Assembly: GCA_020057295.1 (NCBI GenBank)
Contig: JAGVGF010000002.1
Span: forward strand, 32,001 to 96,000
Source: an archaeon
GTDB taxonomy: Archaea > Nanobdellota > Nanobdellia > Woesearchaeales > UBA9642
Direction: 5' to 3'
Length of the DNA: 64,000 nt
Below are positions 27,745 through 37,820 of this stretch, one piece after another (the stretch's first letter is position 1; the number at the start of each line of letters is the position of its first letter). The position numbers and the translations under genes were made by a program. Under the pieces are notes generated by a model. The model was not told where the DNA came from. It made no database searches and saw nothing but the letters and a program-made list of their open reading frames with translations.

Positions 27745-28332
27745 ATGGAGAATAAATTTCTTCCCCTTTTGGAACTTGCATTGCCTTACTATGAGAAAGG
27801 CAGATCTATGGATGTTGAACACATAAAATGGTTGTGTGAAACAGTTCCAAAATACATTTCTGATAGTGAAGTAAATCACGATATATTAATGCCTGTAGCA
27901 ATACTTCATGATACAGGTTATTCAAAGATACCTAAAGGTTCTGATTCCTATAACTTAAATGTACGAAAAGCACATTCAGAATTTGGAGCACAGATAGCTG
28001 AAGAAATAATGACTAAACTAGACTATCCGAGAGATACAATTGAAGAAGTAAAACGATTAATTCTCAAACACGATGATTGGGCTTTTGGAGATTCATTTAT
28101 TACTGAACCAGTTTTGCTTGCATTTAACAATTTTGATTTTATGTGGATGGCATCAGAAAAAGGATTTGAGTTATGTCGCTCTAATATGAATATAGAACCA
28201 GTTAAATATTATCATCTGGTTGAAAAGTTCAATAAAGATAATCTTGATCGTGGAAGTAGATGGTTTAATTCTAGAACAGAAGAGTTATACTATAAATTGA
28301 TGGCAGATCGAAGAAAAGAACTAGGAATATAG
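27745..28332 (+). CDS. HD-domain phosphohydrolase
   Basis: EH...AILHDTGY...HSEFGA...LKHD; TATA box at 27712-27723. Confidence 0.82.
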   Translation: MENKFLPLLELALPYYEKGRSMDVEHIKWLCETVPKYISDSEVNHDILMPVAILHDTGYSKIPKGSDSYNLNVRKAHSEFGAQIAEEIMTKLDYPRDTIEEVKRLILKHDDWAFGDSFITEPVLLAFNNFDFMWMASEKGFELCRSNMNIEPVKYYHLVEKFNKDNLDRGSRWFNSRTEELYYKLMADRRKELGI

Positions 28333-28395
28333 TTAAACTATACTGCTTTAATTATTCATATTAAACTTTATAAACACATATTTATTCTCGATATT

Positions 28396-29595
28396 ATGCA
28401 AATAGGTGTTGTGGGGAAAGCAAATGTTGGAAAGAGCACGTTCTTTAAGGCAGCTACATTAATGGATGTTCTAATAGCTAATTATCCTTTTGCAACAATC
28501 AAGCCAAATCATGGCGTAGGTTTTGTGAAGATTGATTGTACTGACACATTCTTTAATACACAATGTAATCCTAGAGAAGGATTCTGTATTGATCATAAAA
28601 GATTTGTTCCTGTTGATGTTATTGATGTTGCAGGATTAGTTCCTGGAGCACATGAAGGTAAAGGTTTAGGAAACCAACTTTTAGATGATTTAAGACAAGC
28701 TCATGCACTCGTGCATGTTGTAGATTTTGCTGGTGCAACAAATGAGAGAGGAGAACCATCAGATCCAGGTTCAAGAGATCCTTATGATGATATTACATTT
28801 TTAGAGGAAGAAATAGATTTCTGGTATTTAGGAATTATAAATAAGGGATGGGAAAAGTTTGCACGACAAATTCAGCAAGAACATGGTGACCCATGTAAAG
28901 CTTTAGGTAAACAATTATCAGGATTAATGGTTACTGAAGAAATGGTTGATGATGTCATAAAAAAATTAAATCTGCCAAAAGACAAAGTTGTTGCATGGAC
29001 TGAAAGAGATTTGATGGATGTAGCTAGATCATTAAGAAAATTAACTAAACCAATGATAATTGTAGCTAATAAGATGGATATTCCAATAGCGCAAGAAAAT
29101 TATCATAGAATAAAGAAAGAGCATCCAGAATTAACAATAATTCCTTGTTCAGCAGAATCTGAACTTGCATTGAAAGAGGCAGCAAAACATCAATTAATAA
29201 AATATCTTCCAGGAAACGATGATTTCGAATTTACAGATGATGGAAAACTTAATGATAAACAAAAATTTGCATTAAATTTTATTAAAGAAAATGTTTTGAA
29301 AAAGATGGGTTCAACAGGCGTTCAAACGGCAATAAATGCAGCAGTGTTAGATGTCCTAAAATATATTGCAATATTTCCAGGTGGAGTAAACAAATTAACA
29401 GATCAATACGGAAGAACTTTACCAGATTGTTTCTTAATGCCTCCAGGAACGACAGCATTAGATTTCGCATTCAAATTACATACAGATTTTGGTAAGAATT
29501 TCATTAAAGCAATCGACGTCAAAAGAAAGATGCCAGTCGGAAAAGACTTCCCGCTAAAACATTTAGACGTTGTAGAGATACATAGCGGGAAATGA
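28396..29595 (+). CDS. ychF: YchF/Obg-like redox-regulated ATPase
   Basis: GKANVGKST, ANYPFATI, DVAGLVPGA, NKMD, C-terminal TGS domain. Confidence 0.93.
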   Translation: MQIGVVGKANVGKSTFFKAATLMDVLIANYPFATIKPNHGVGFVKIDCTDTFFNTQCNPREGFCIDHKRFVPVDVIDVAGLVPGAHEGKGLGNQLLDDLRQAHALVHVVDFAGATNERGEPSDPGSRDPYDDITFLEEEIDFWYLGIINKGWEKFARQIQQEHGDPCKALGKQLSGLMVTEEMVDDVIKKLNLPKDKVVAWTERDLMDVARSLRKLTKPMIIVANKMDIPIAQENYHRIKKEHPELTIIPCSAESELALKEAAKHQLIKYLPGNDDFEFTDDGKLNDKQKFALNFIKENVLKKMGSTGVQTAINAAVLDVLKYIAIFPGGVNKLTDQYGRTLPDCFLMPPGTTALDFAFKLHTDFGKNFIKAIDVKRKMPVGKDFPLKHLDVVEIHSGK

Positions 29596-29612
29596 TAAAT
29601 TTTTTCTAGACA

Positions 29613-30305
29613 TTATTTTACAATATTTAATATCTCTTCAGGCTTCTTGATTGTGTAATCAGAGAATTTCTCTTCTCCGCCTGATGCATGACCCCATGTT
29701 ACAAATATTGATTTCGCTTTCAATTTTTTTGCAGGTTCAAGATCTGATAATTTATCTCCGATGACATAAAGTATCTTACCTTGTTTTTTTAATAATTTTA
29801 AATTATCTTCATTCCCTATACCTAGTATTGGTGGTTGGCCATATATATAATCGAATTGTATATCTGATTTAGATATTGCAATCATTCCAGATATTATGTC
29901 TGTTCTGACTCCTGAAACAATCGCTAATTTATATCCTTTGGACTGTAGTCTTTTTAATGATTCTATAAACCCTTTCGGAAATATATTTTTTCCATATTCT
30001 TTGGCAACCATAAACATTCCAATTTGAAACAAGTTTGTAGAAATTTGATTAAGATATTTATCTCCTGTGATATTCATAAAATCCAAATCATTTTCTCTAT
30101 ATCTTATAGTCATTTCAGGTTCTAAACCTGTAAGTGTAGTGACAAATTCTCTATTTGCCTTGTATAATTCTTTAGGATTTGCATGTTCATATTTCGTTGG
30201 CAAACCTCTCTTTAGAATGCTTGATCTGAACTCATTAGCTTTTTCAATCATTTCTGCTTTCACTAATGTTCCAGCGAAATCTACAATTATTATCTTATTG
30301 ACCAT
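29613..30305 (-). CDS. HAD-superfamily hydrolase
   Basis: VDFAGTL (motif I variant), LAIVSG, VIGDKLSD, VTWG. Confidence 0.8.
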   Translation of the reverse strand: MVNKIIIVDFAGTLVKAEMIEKANEFRSSILKRGLPTKYEHANPKELYKANREFVTTLTGLEPEMTIRYRENDLDFMNITGDKYLNQISTNLFQIGMFMVAKEYGKNIFPKGFIESLKRLQSKGYKLAIVSGVRTDIISGMIAISKSDIQFDYIYGQPPILGIGNEDNLKLLKKQGKILYVIGDKLSDLEPAKKLKAKSIFVTWGHASGGEEKFSDYTIKKPEEILNIVK

Positions 30306-30336
30306 ACTTATAAAATAGAAATCATGTTAATAAATT

Positions 30337-31374
30337 TTACTCAATAACAATCTTGTCGCCGTATGCTTCCTCAATTATTTGTTCTTTGCCTTTGAACTTT
30401 TGTCTGATTGGCGCAAGTAATTTATTGATTTCAACACCAACACCTGATTTTAAGTCCATTGGATGTAATTTTTTCGTAATAAATGCTTCATGTAATTCTT
30501 CTCGTGTCTTAAAATGTAATGGTCCGCCCCATTTTTCAGGTCTGTCAATAACAAATTCTTCATTCTTATCCATTTTCTGAGTCATTATAACTGTCTCTGC
30601 AAATTCTAGTACACCATTTTCTGGATCTCCTTCAAGACAGTATGCATTCTTTAATTTGTCTTTGATCGTTTTTTCATCATCAATCAAGTCAATCTTAGAA
30701 TTTTTAATACTACTAGACATTTTACCTTCTTGAGTTAATCCTCTTATAAATGGAATCATCAATTCAACTCTTGACTTATATCCTACTTGTGGCAAGAATT
30801 CACGTGCAAAGACAAGAATCTTTCTCTGATCTAGTGCACCCATCTGAATATCTACGCCAAGATATTCTTCATCTAAAGCCTGCATTATCGGATAAATAAG
30901 TCCGGAAAGTTTAGGATTATCGCCCATTTTAACAACATCTGAGGCCGCCTTTGTACAATCTCTAATAGATGTTAGTGTAGACATCTTCAAAACATCAAGG
31001 ATATAATCCTTATTAACCTGAAAATCTGATCCTTTAACAAGTTCAAAATTCTTCAAATCTCCACCCATAGCTTCAATCATTGCTGGAATAACAATTTCAT
31101 AATACTTATATCTCTTCTCAAGCAATTCCCACGGAGTATTATCTAATGCACCATGAATATCTGCTAATAATACTTTAACTTTAAATCCTGCTTTTAAGAA
31201 ATCAGCTAGTTTCTGTACCCACGCAAAATATCCAATATGTGGTCTTCCAGTCACGGAAGTTCCAAGATATACGCTAGGATGCTTCTTTTCTTCTAATAAT
31301 TTAATTAATTCCTCTTCTGTAATAATCTCTTGAGTATTACGCTTAATTAGCTGAAATCTCTCGTTAGTATCCAT
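30337..31374 (-). CDS. tyrS: Tyrosyl-tRNA synthetase (archaeal/eukaryotic type)
   Basis: TGRPHIGY, YPIMQALD, GALDQRK, KMSSS, LHPMDLK. Confidence 0.96.
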   Translation of the reverse strand: MDTNERFQLIKRNTQEIITEEELIKLLEEKKHPSVYLGTSVTGRPHIGYFAWVQKLADFLKAGFKVKVLLADIHGALDNTPWELLEKRYKYYEIVIPAMIEAMGGDLKNFELVKGSDFQVNKDYILDVLKMSTLTSIRDCTKAASDVVKMGDNPKLSGLIYPIMQALDEEYLGVDIQMGALDQRKILVFAREFLPQVGYKSRVELMIPFIRGLTQEGKMSSSIKNSKIDLIDDEKTIKDKLKNAYCLEGDPENGVLEFAETVIMTQKMDKNEEFVIDRPEKWGGPLHFKTREELHEAFITKKLHPMDLKSGVGVEINKLLAPIRQKFKGKEQIIEEAYGDKIVIE

Positions 31375-31454
31375 AATAATCAGAACCTCTGTTAATTTTA
31401 ATAGTTTATTGTTTTAAAGAAAATATTATAAAAATTTGTTAAAAAATAAAAAGT

Positions 31455-31694
31455 TTATACCTTACGATAGATATATACACAAATTCCTACAAGTATTACA
31501 CCCATCAAAGTCCTACTAATTGCGCCAAGATCTACAGGAGCAGATTCTTCTGCAACAACATTAGCAGTTATACCATTAGCGCCACTTGTAGTTGGTACGC
31601 CTGTATTAGCAGAATTTGTTAACATAAATACTACTCCTACCACAGCTACTATGCCTACAATCATCATAATATATATTGGTGTCTTATCTTCCAT
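31455..31694 (-). CDS. Small two-TM protein
   Basis: Two hydrophobic segments flanking an ITANVV linker; SD AGGTGA before the ATG at 31694. Confidence 0.65.
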   Translation of the reverse strand: MEDKTPIYIMMIVGIVAVVGVVFMLTNSANTGVPTTSGANGITANVVAEESAPVDLGAISRTLMGVILVGICVYIYRKV

Positions 31695-31735
31695 TGGTTT
31701 CACCTTTTAACTTGATATATCTTCATCCATAATTT

Positions 31736-32299
31736 TTACCTTATTAGGTTGTGCTTCCTTAAATATTTTGTGTATAATTCGAAATCTTTAGACTGTTTAA
31801 ACTCCTCAAGCTTATCAGGAGGTAATTGAGCAATCCAATCATGTAACCCGTGTAACATTTCACGCAGTTCAGCATCACTCATAACAACTTCATCATGCTC
31901 TTCAGATATAATATCTATATTTTTCACAGGAGTTATATCTTCTAAATCCACATCTTCATCCTTTGAGGGAGAGTTTTTTCTAGAAAAATTCAACTTCTTA
32001 AAAAATTTTCTTAATAATGACTCGTGTTCTTCTTCAATATCATGTTCTACTTGAATTTCGACTTTGTTAACTTCATCAATTTTCTGCTCCATAGATTCTA
32101 ATTCATGTTTATCTTCAGGAGTAATATTTTCACTAGTAGCAATTTTTTCGATATCTTTACGTAATTCTGCATCCACATCAATATCCTTGCGTGGCTTTAT
32201 CTTAGGCTTAAATTTTTGCCAGAAAGGCTTGTTCTTACGCTCATGCAAGTAAGAGTTTAAATCAGTATTAATATCAGTTTGTCGCATATACCTCACCAT
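31736..32299 (-). CDS. Acidic hypothetical protein
   Basis: 187 aa; C-terminal LPPDKLEEFKQSKDFELY...LI motif. Confidence 0.7.
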   Translation of the reverse strand: MVRYMRQTDINTDLNSYLHERKNKPFWQKFKPKIKPRKDIDVDAELRKDIEKIATSENITPEDKHELESMEQKIDEVNKVEIQVEHDIEEEHESLLRKFFKKLNFSRKNSPSKDEDVDLEDITPVKNIDIISEEHDEVVMSDAELREMLHGLHDWIAQLPPDKLEEFKQSKDFELYTKYLRKHNLIR

Positions 32300-32348
32300 A
32301 ATTACTTATTATTACTGTTTATAGTCAATCATATTTAAATTTATTGTT

Positions 32349-33026
32349 TTATATCACATTCAATAAATATTCCATCATACTCCTAATAACGTCAAAGAAG
32401 TTAAATGTTAACAATACTTGTTGATCTACAAAAAACTTCACAAACAATATTATTAGCGCCAATTTTAAGAATTTTCCTAAACCTTGATATATCAAATATT
32501 TTGAAAATTTATATTTAGTAGTTCCGATAAATACTACAAAAGTTTCCATCGGGAAAAACGGTATAAAATTTCCGAAAAATAGTATAGAACTACCCCATTT
32601 AGATAATTTCTTACCAAACTGTTGAGAATGTTCCTTAATTACGTGCTTGTACGTATAGTCTCTAAATAAGTGTCCGAACCAGAAATCTAAAGTGTGACTA
32701 ATTATTATACCGCTCCATACTGCAATAAAACTTAGCAAAGGATCCCCGCCGCTGATTATATAATACAGGAATAGAATATCTATGGGTAGAGATATAAAGA
32801 ATAATCCGCTAATGAACGCTACAATAAATAACCAAAATATAGACGTTTTATCTAACTCTCCCTTAATAAAATCATATGTGCTTTTAAGATCAGGACTATT
32901 TATAATAACTTTTAATATTATTGGTTGCATTAAAGCAGCAATCACTCCAATAAGTAGAAATACTCCTAAATACCTTAATAATTTACCGTAACGCTTCAAA
33001 TAATTTTCACGTTTAGTTTTAGCCAT
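32349..33026 (-). CDS. DedA/VTT (SNARE-associated) family membrane protein
   Basis: Multi-TM; FWFGH, FIPFFP, FSKYLIYQGLGKFLK pattern. Confidence 0.75.
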   Translation of the reverse strand: MAKTKRENYLKRYGKLLRYLGVFLLIGVIAALMQPIILKVIINSPDLKSTYDFIKGELDKTSIFWLFIVAFISGLFFISLPIDILFLYYIISGGDPLLSFIAVWSGIIISHTLDFWFGHLFRDYTYKHVIKEHSQQFGKKLSKWGSSILFFGNFIPFFPMETFVVFIGTTKYKFSKYLIYQGLGKFLKLALIILFVKFFVDQQVLLTFNFFDVIRSMMEYLLNVI

Positions 33027-33087
33027 TTTTATCGAATACTCTTATGTATTTTAATCTTAAATCACCTTAAAAATGTTTCGACTATAG

Positions 33088-33107
33088 ATTATTATTATTA
33101 TTATTAT
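33088..33107. repeat. (ATT)6 microsatellite
   Basis: attattattattattattat in the intergenic region upstream of the LAGLIDADG gene. Confidence 0.6.
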
Positions 33108-33174
33108 CTCACTGGACAATAAGCCGTCACACATAAATATATTGATTGATTTCATTCAATTAGGATGAGTTGAA

Positions 33175-33816
33175 ATGAAACCGAATCAATATATTATTAC
33201 TCCTGAACTTGCACGTATAGTGGCTCACATTTGTGGAGATGGATATGTATATATTAGCAGGCAGAGAAGAACTCCAAAAGAACTAATATCTCATCCAAGA
33301 AAGAATCTCGTTAGGATAAAATATGGTGTTAGATATGTGAATACTGAGCCTATATTAATAAAACAATTCACTTCAGATGTTAAGATTCAATTTGGAAGAA
33401 AAGTTGTTCCTGTAAGAAAACATGAATATGATTTGTCTGCAAAATGGATAAGAGATATTATTATAAAATTAGGCGCCGGAAAATCACATGAATGGTGTAT
33501 AGTAAAAGAAATTCTTCTATCTAAAAAGGCTATTAAAGTAGAATGGTTAAAATCTTTTTTTGATGATGAGGCGCATGTGTCTATTCCTGACAAAAGAATA
33601 GTTCTAAATGTGGTAAATAAAAATGGTTTGTTGCAGATACAAAAATTATTACTAGAATTGGGAATAAAATCAACTGTCAATGGACCTTATGCGTGTAGAA
33701 AATATTATTCTTACAATCTTAAAATATATCGTCCTTATTTAAGAGCGTACTATGAACAAATAGGTTTCTATCATCCTAAGAAAGTTAGAGATTTATTGGC
33801 ATTAATAAATAATTAA
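33175..33816 (+). CDS. Free-standing double-motif LAGLIDADG homing-endonuclease-like protein
   Basis: LARIVAHICGDG and WLKSFFDDEA motifs, LLLELGI, IGFYHPKK; no intein termini. Confidence 0.85.
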   Translation: MKPNQYIITPELARIVAHICGDGYVYISRQRRTPKELISHPRKNLVRIKYGVRYVNTEPILIKQFTSDVKIQFGRKVVPVRKHEYDLSAKWIRDIIIKLGAGKSHEWCIVKEILLSKKAIKVEWLKSFFDDEAHVSIPDKRIVLNVVNKNGLLQIQKLLLELGIKSTVNGPYACRKYYSYNLKIYRPYLRAYYEQIGFYHPKKVRDLLALINN

Positions 33817-33819
33817 ATA

Positions 33820-33893
33820 TGGGGACGCTGAGATTCGAACTCAGATTAACCGCTCTGGAGGCGGTTGTTCTAGCCAGGTTATACTACGTCCCC
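33820..33893 (-). tRNA. tRNA-Trp (CCA), intron-less
   Basis: Acceptor GGGGACG/CGTCCCC, anticodon arm ACCGC-CT-CCA-GA-GCGGT, T-arm CTGAG-TTCGAAT-CTCAG. Confidence 0.96.
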
Positions 33894-34042
33894 TTATAAT
33901 TGAAATTATAGAATAAGTTGTGTTTTATAAAAGTTATGGTCAACACGTCTTTGATTTACGTATTTATATCTTCCTCATCTTTGAGGTATTGTATGATTGT
34001 TAACGGATTCTCGTAATGTTCACGCATTTTTTATTCAGAAGT

Positions 34043-36403
34043 TTACTTTCTGCCTCTACGTTTCTGTTTAATAAATGCTGCAATGTATATTAGTACTAAT
34101 ATTATTAAGAATATCGCTAAATTAACGTACCAGCAGTATACATTGTATAATTGTGTGAATGATTTTCTTGGAATATTCTTTACGACTAATGTAAATTCTG
34201 GTGATGAAGTTTTGCCGCCTTGAGGATCATATGCTGTTATCTTAGCATATTCTACACCACTCCAACCACTATTTGGATAGAATGTTACTTGTTTACCTTC
34301 GATTATGGCCTTGATATTTTTTATACCGCTAACATTATACTTTAATGTAGCATTATCGGGATCATAAAAGAATTTAGAAATGTCTAATACATACTTGCTA
34401 TCTTGTAGCCATTCATAACGTAATTCTGAAGCGTCATTAGTCAAATTATATACTTGTGATTCGGTTTTAGGCAATCCGCTAAATGTTAATACGAATACTA
34501 AACCCATTAAAAATACTACTACTAAAAGTATTAATATAGGTATTTTTGCTTTGAATCTGTTGCTGAATTTGTAAGGATAGTGTGGACCGACAATTAAGAA
34601 TATTACAATCAATAGAATTACTAATAATATCGCTAATAGTTCGTATAGGCTGAATTGTCTGCATACTGTGCCATAAGCTAAGTATTCGAATGTTTTAGTA
34701 ATTATATTCTTATCTTTTAATTTTACAATAGTTTCTTGTGTGTATGTCACGCCGCTTGAATCTTCAATTATTAATTGTCCGCCATAATAACTATCATTCT
34801 TATTTGCAGCATTAACTTTTAATGTAACATACTTGGTTTCTGACTTGTTAATATTTACTAATGTGTCATCTAATGCTAAAATATTAGAACCATTCCATGA
34901 TACTATATATTTTCCATTAACTAAACCTTTGTTAGTTATAGGCATATTTACTTGTGTAGTTTGATAATTAATTTGATAATTTGTCTTATCAACATTTACG
35001 ACATGACATGTTGGTAAGTCATAGCTTTTAATCCAGAATTCATTATATTCATTAATTCCGTTCTTTATTGTTGCTTTAACTTTGATATCGTAATCTTTAT
35101 TCTCTTCAGGTCCTGTTATTAATACTTTGAAAAATCCTTTCTTACCAGATTCTACAGTAACACTATTTTTAGATAATTTTACTGATGATGGAGCATTTTC
35201 TAAACTCAATGCATATGTTTCAGTATATTTTCCATTATTTAATATTTCACCATCATAACTATACGTGTATGATTCACAAGTTCTTAATGGAGCATTTTTA
35301 TTATTATCATAATCATATAATATCACTTCGTGTTCATAACATGGAAGGAAATTTATTAATAATTTAGAATTCTTAACTATATCGCCAAGTTCTGGTGTAA
35401 CTTCAATCTTTACTTCTGCTGTCTTATATTCTGTTCGATATATTGTTGAATCCACAACTACATAAAATTTCTTGGACTCTCCAGGTTTTAATGTGAAAGC
35501 GTTATTATCTAATTTGCTTAATCTTGCATATTTTGGCAATCCTTTAACTTCTGCTGTATAATTATTAGTTATACTTCCCTTGTTAGTTATTGTTACAGGA
35601 ATCTCATTATACTGTATTCTATTACATACATCAACATTTACTGTGTTGTTAGAATCGCTTCCTATAGTTACATCATAATCATAATTTCTTAAAATATTTA
35701 ATGGTGCATTAACGCTTGCTGATAATTCATTCTTCAAGGAATGTGCGGTGAATATTATATCTTTTGAACCATATACGTTACAATCAAATTTTGCTGTTGC
35801 ACTAATCTTTCCAATCTGATTAGGCTCTAATGTAAAACTTTTAGCGTTATAGACTATATTATTATCATAATTACTCTCTAAATTGTACTCTTCAGAAAAT
35901 GAGCCTGTGTTCTTTACTGATAGCTCAAAATTTTTTGATTGACAAGGATTAATATCAGTACTATAATTTCCTATAGCTAACTCAATATTTTGACATCTAT
36001 CTCTTTGTAATTCCTTTACAATTGTCTTCTGCATGCCAAGATTTGATGTGACTGTAATTTTAAATTCATCAGATCCTGTGCTACAGTCAGAAGTTATGTA
36101 TAAGTAAACATTTCTTGATTGTCCAGGTGCTAACTCGAAATTATTTTCAGAAGTCATAACTTGTGCATGAATTTTATTGGTTGATATGGCAAATACTGCT
36201 GGCCATGTTCCAGTATTAGTTAGGCTGATAGTATCATATTTTGTAGAACAACTACATATACTAACTTTATCATAAGAACTAGTTAATGTGAAGTCTTTAC
36301 TAGGAGTGTACGTATTGACATCAATCACACCAAATACGCTATTTGATAGCATTAAGAATGCCAGTAATATAATAAATATTGAGGATAACTTCATAGTAAC
36401 CAT
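34043..36403 (-). CDS. Surface protein with tandem Ig-like (NxG) repeats and C-terminal TM segments
   Basis: Signal peptide; repeated (L/V/I)xNxG...L(A/E/K)PG units; paired Cys; three C-terminal hydrophobic segments. Confidence 0.8.
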   Translation of the reverse strand: MVTMKLSSIFIILLAFLMLSNSVFGVIDVNTYTPSKDFTLTSSYDKVSICSCSTKYDTISLTNTGTWPAVFAISTNKIHAQVMTSENNFELAPGQSRNVYLYITSDCSTGSDEFKITVTSNLGMQKTIVKELQRDRCQNIELAIGNYSTDINPCQSKNFELSVKNTGSFSEEYNLESNYDNNIVYNAKSFTLEPNQIGKISATAKFDCNVYGSKDIIFTAHSLKNELSASVNAPLNILRNYDYDVTIGSDSNNTVNVDVCNRIQYNEIPVTITNKGSITNNYTAEVKGLPKYARLSKLDNNAFTLKPGESKKFYVVVDSTIYRTEYKTAEVKIEVTPELGDIVKNSKLLINFLPCYEHEVILYDYDNNKNAPLRTCESYTYSYDGEILNNGKYTETYALSLENAPSSVKLSKNSVTVESGKKGFFKVLITGPEENKDYDIKVKATIKNGINEYNEFWIKSYDLPTCHVVNVDKTNYQINYQTTQVNMPITNKGLVNGKYIVSWNGSNILALDDTLVNINKSETKYVTLKVNAANKNDSYYGGQLIIEDSSGVTYTQETIVKLKDKNIITKTFEYLAYGTVCRQFSLYELLAILLVILLIVIFLIVGPHYPYKFSNRFKAKIPILILLVVVFLMGLVFVLTFSGLPKTESQVYNLTNDASELRYEWLQDSKYVLDISKFFYDPDNATLKYNVSGIKNIKAIIEGKQVTFYPNSGWSGVEYAKITAYDPQGGKTSSPEFTLVVKNIPRKSFTQLYNVYCWYVNLAIFLIILVLIYIAAFIKQKRRGRK

Positions 36404-36448
36404 CTCGATAATATTGTTGATATATTAAAAAATAATAAATAAAAATTT

Positions 36449-37705
36449 TTAGTAGTATGGTTCTGAATCGTTTTTATTATCTCTCATCTTATTGAATCCA
36501 ATTACTAATCCAACGATTATTAAGATAACAACTAATACAACTAAACCTACTTCTAATGCTTGCTTGAATAATGACCAGTCGCTAGAGCCACTCTTAGTTA
36601 TTTTAGCAACTAATGGTATGCTCTTAGTGTCTCCGTCTGCATCGATGTTTAATGTGAATGCCTTATCACCAAGTTCTGCATTTGAATTACTACTAACGTA
36701 TAAGTATGCTGTCTTTGATTGACCTGCTGGTATTACAACAACAGATGATGGATCTATTCTAGTAGTTGCCCAAGTTGATGCTCCTGTAACACTTAAAGTG
36801 TAAGTCTTACTATTTGCTCCAACATTGTTTATCACGATAGGATATACAACACTAGTTCCTTGAGCTACTTCCTGCATATTTGGTACATTAACAATTGTAT
36901 TACCTTGACCTGTTGTAGTGCTTGCGCCACAAGTGTCTCCTTTACTTACTTTTATACTGCCAGTAGTATCGGTCTCACTATACTCATCAAACTCTACTAA
37001 GATATTTACATCATATGTTCCTGCTTTTGTACACTCAGGAATTCTTAATAATAATTCTTCAAAAGTTCTAGATTGATCAGGATCTATCTCGTCCATGTAT
37101 TCAGAAACTTTAATGTTTAAATCTGGAACGCTCATAGTTACTTTTAAGTCCTTTATTTTGCTGTCCCAAAGATTATGTACTTTTACTTTTCCTGTAAATG
37201 CTCTTCCAGCAACAACTTCTTGAGGGTCTAAACTGAAATCTTTAACTTCAACAGCCATACTTCTTTTTATTCCTTTTAGATATAATTGGTATGTCTTGTC
37301 AACTGATGTTCCATTTCTGTCATCTGCTCTTATTCTTAATTTGAAATAATCTTTATCTATTTTTGTTGGAACTTCTAAGTCCAAGTCAAAGCAATCGCTG
37401 TGTCCGTTTAATAAATCGAATGAATCAGTCATGTCGGTAATTTTTGCACTTTCTTGATTTGCATATGCATAACCTGAAATGTCAGCGTATATTTGTGCGT
37501 TAGTTACATCAGCTAATGCTTGTACACATACGTATATGTTTAATTTATCTCCTCTCTTATAGTCTTGGCTAACGCTTGATGTGCCGCTGTCTAATAGTGA
37601 GTGACTATTTACTTCAAGACTTGTAACCTGAAGATTAACTGCACTTACTAATCCAGTGCCTACAATAACGAATGCTAGAAACAATACGAACAATTTTGCT
37701 CTCAT
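36449..37705 (-). CDS. Putative S-layer-associated Ig-fold surface protein
   Basis: Signal peptide, three beta-sandwich-like domains, C-terminal TM anchor ending EPYY. Confidence 0.78.
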   Translation of the reverse strand: MRAKLFVLFLAFVIVGTGLVSAVNLQVTSLEVNSHSLLDSGTSSVSQDYKRGDKLNIYVCVQALADVTNAQIYADISGYAYANQESAKITDMTDSFDLLNGHSDCFDLDLEVPTKIDKDYFKLRIRADDRNGTSVDKTYQLYLKGIKRSMAVEVKDFSLDPQEVVAGRAFTGKVKVHNLWDSKIKDLKVTMSVPDLNIKVSEYMDEIDPDQSRTFEELLLRIPECTKAGTYDVNILVEFDEYSETDTTGSIKVSKGDTCGASTTTGQGNTIVNVPNMQEVAQGTSVVYPIVINNVGANSKTYTLSVTGASTWATTRIDPSSVVVIPAGQSKTAYLYVSSNSNAELGDKAFTLNIDADGDTKSIPLVAKITKSGSSDWSLFKQALEVGLVVLVVILIIVGLVIGFNKMRDNKNDSEPYY

Positions 37706-37763
37706 TTTATTACCCCCAAACTGATTTCTGAATATGACTGTTATCGAATAGATAAACGTTATT

Positions 37764-37779
37764 ATTTATAAATGTTTCG
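37764..37779 (-). promoter_or_regulatory. BRE-TATA promoter CGAAACATTTATAAAT
   Basis: Upstream of 37705; nearly identical to 41753-41768 and similar to 33067-33080. Confidence 0.75.
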
Positions 37780-37820
37780 TTTCTTTTACTACTCGATAGT
37801 AAAACATTTTTCATGTTTTT

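Noticed and set aside
33088-33107. (ATT)6 as a phase-variation switch
   Set aside because: Short, intergenic and in a very AT-rich genome; no evidence of function without read-level length variation.
33175-33816. Intein or intron hosting the LAGLIDADG domain
   Set aside because: No splicing termini (N-terminal Cys/Ser, C-terminal His-Asn), no interrupted host gene, and the adjacent tRNA is complete.
24373-33893. Integrated element between tRNA-Phe and tRNA-Trp
   Set aside because: The interval holds core genes (rfcL, ychF, tyrS), no integrase and no att duplication; the similar T-arms are ordinary tRNA conservation.
33993-34016. Tiny ORF MIVNGFS with GAGGT SD
   Set aside because: Only 7 codons; indistinguishable from chance or a gene remnant.
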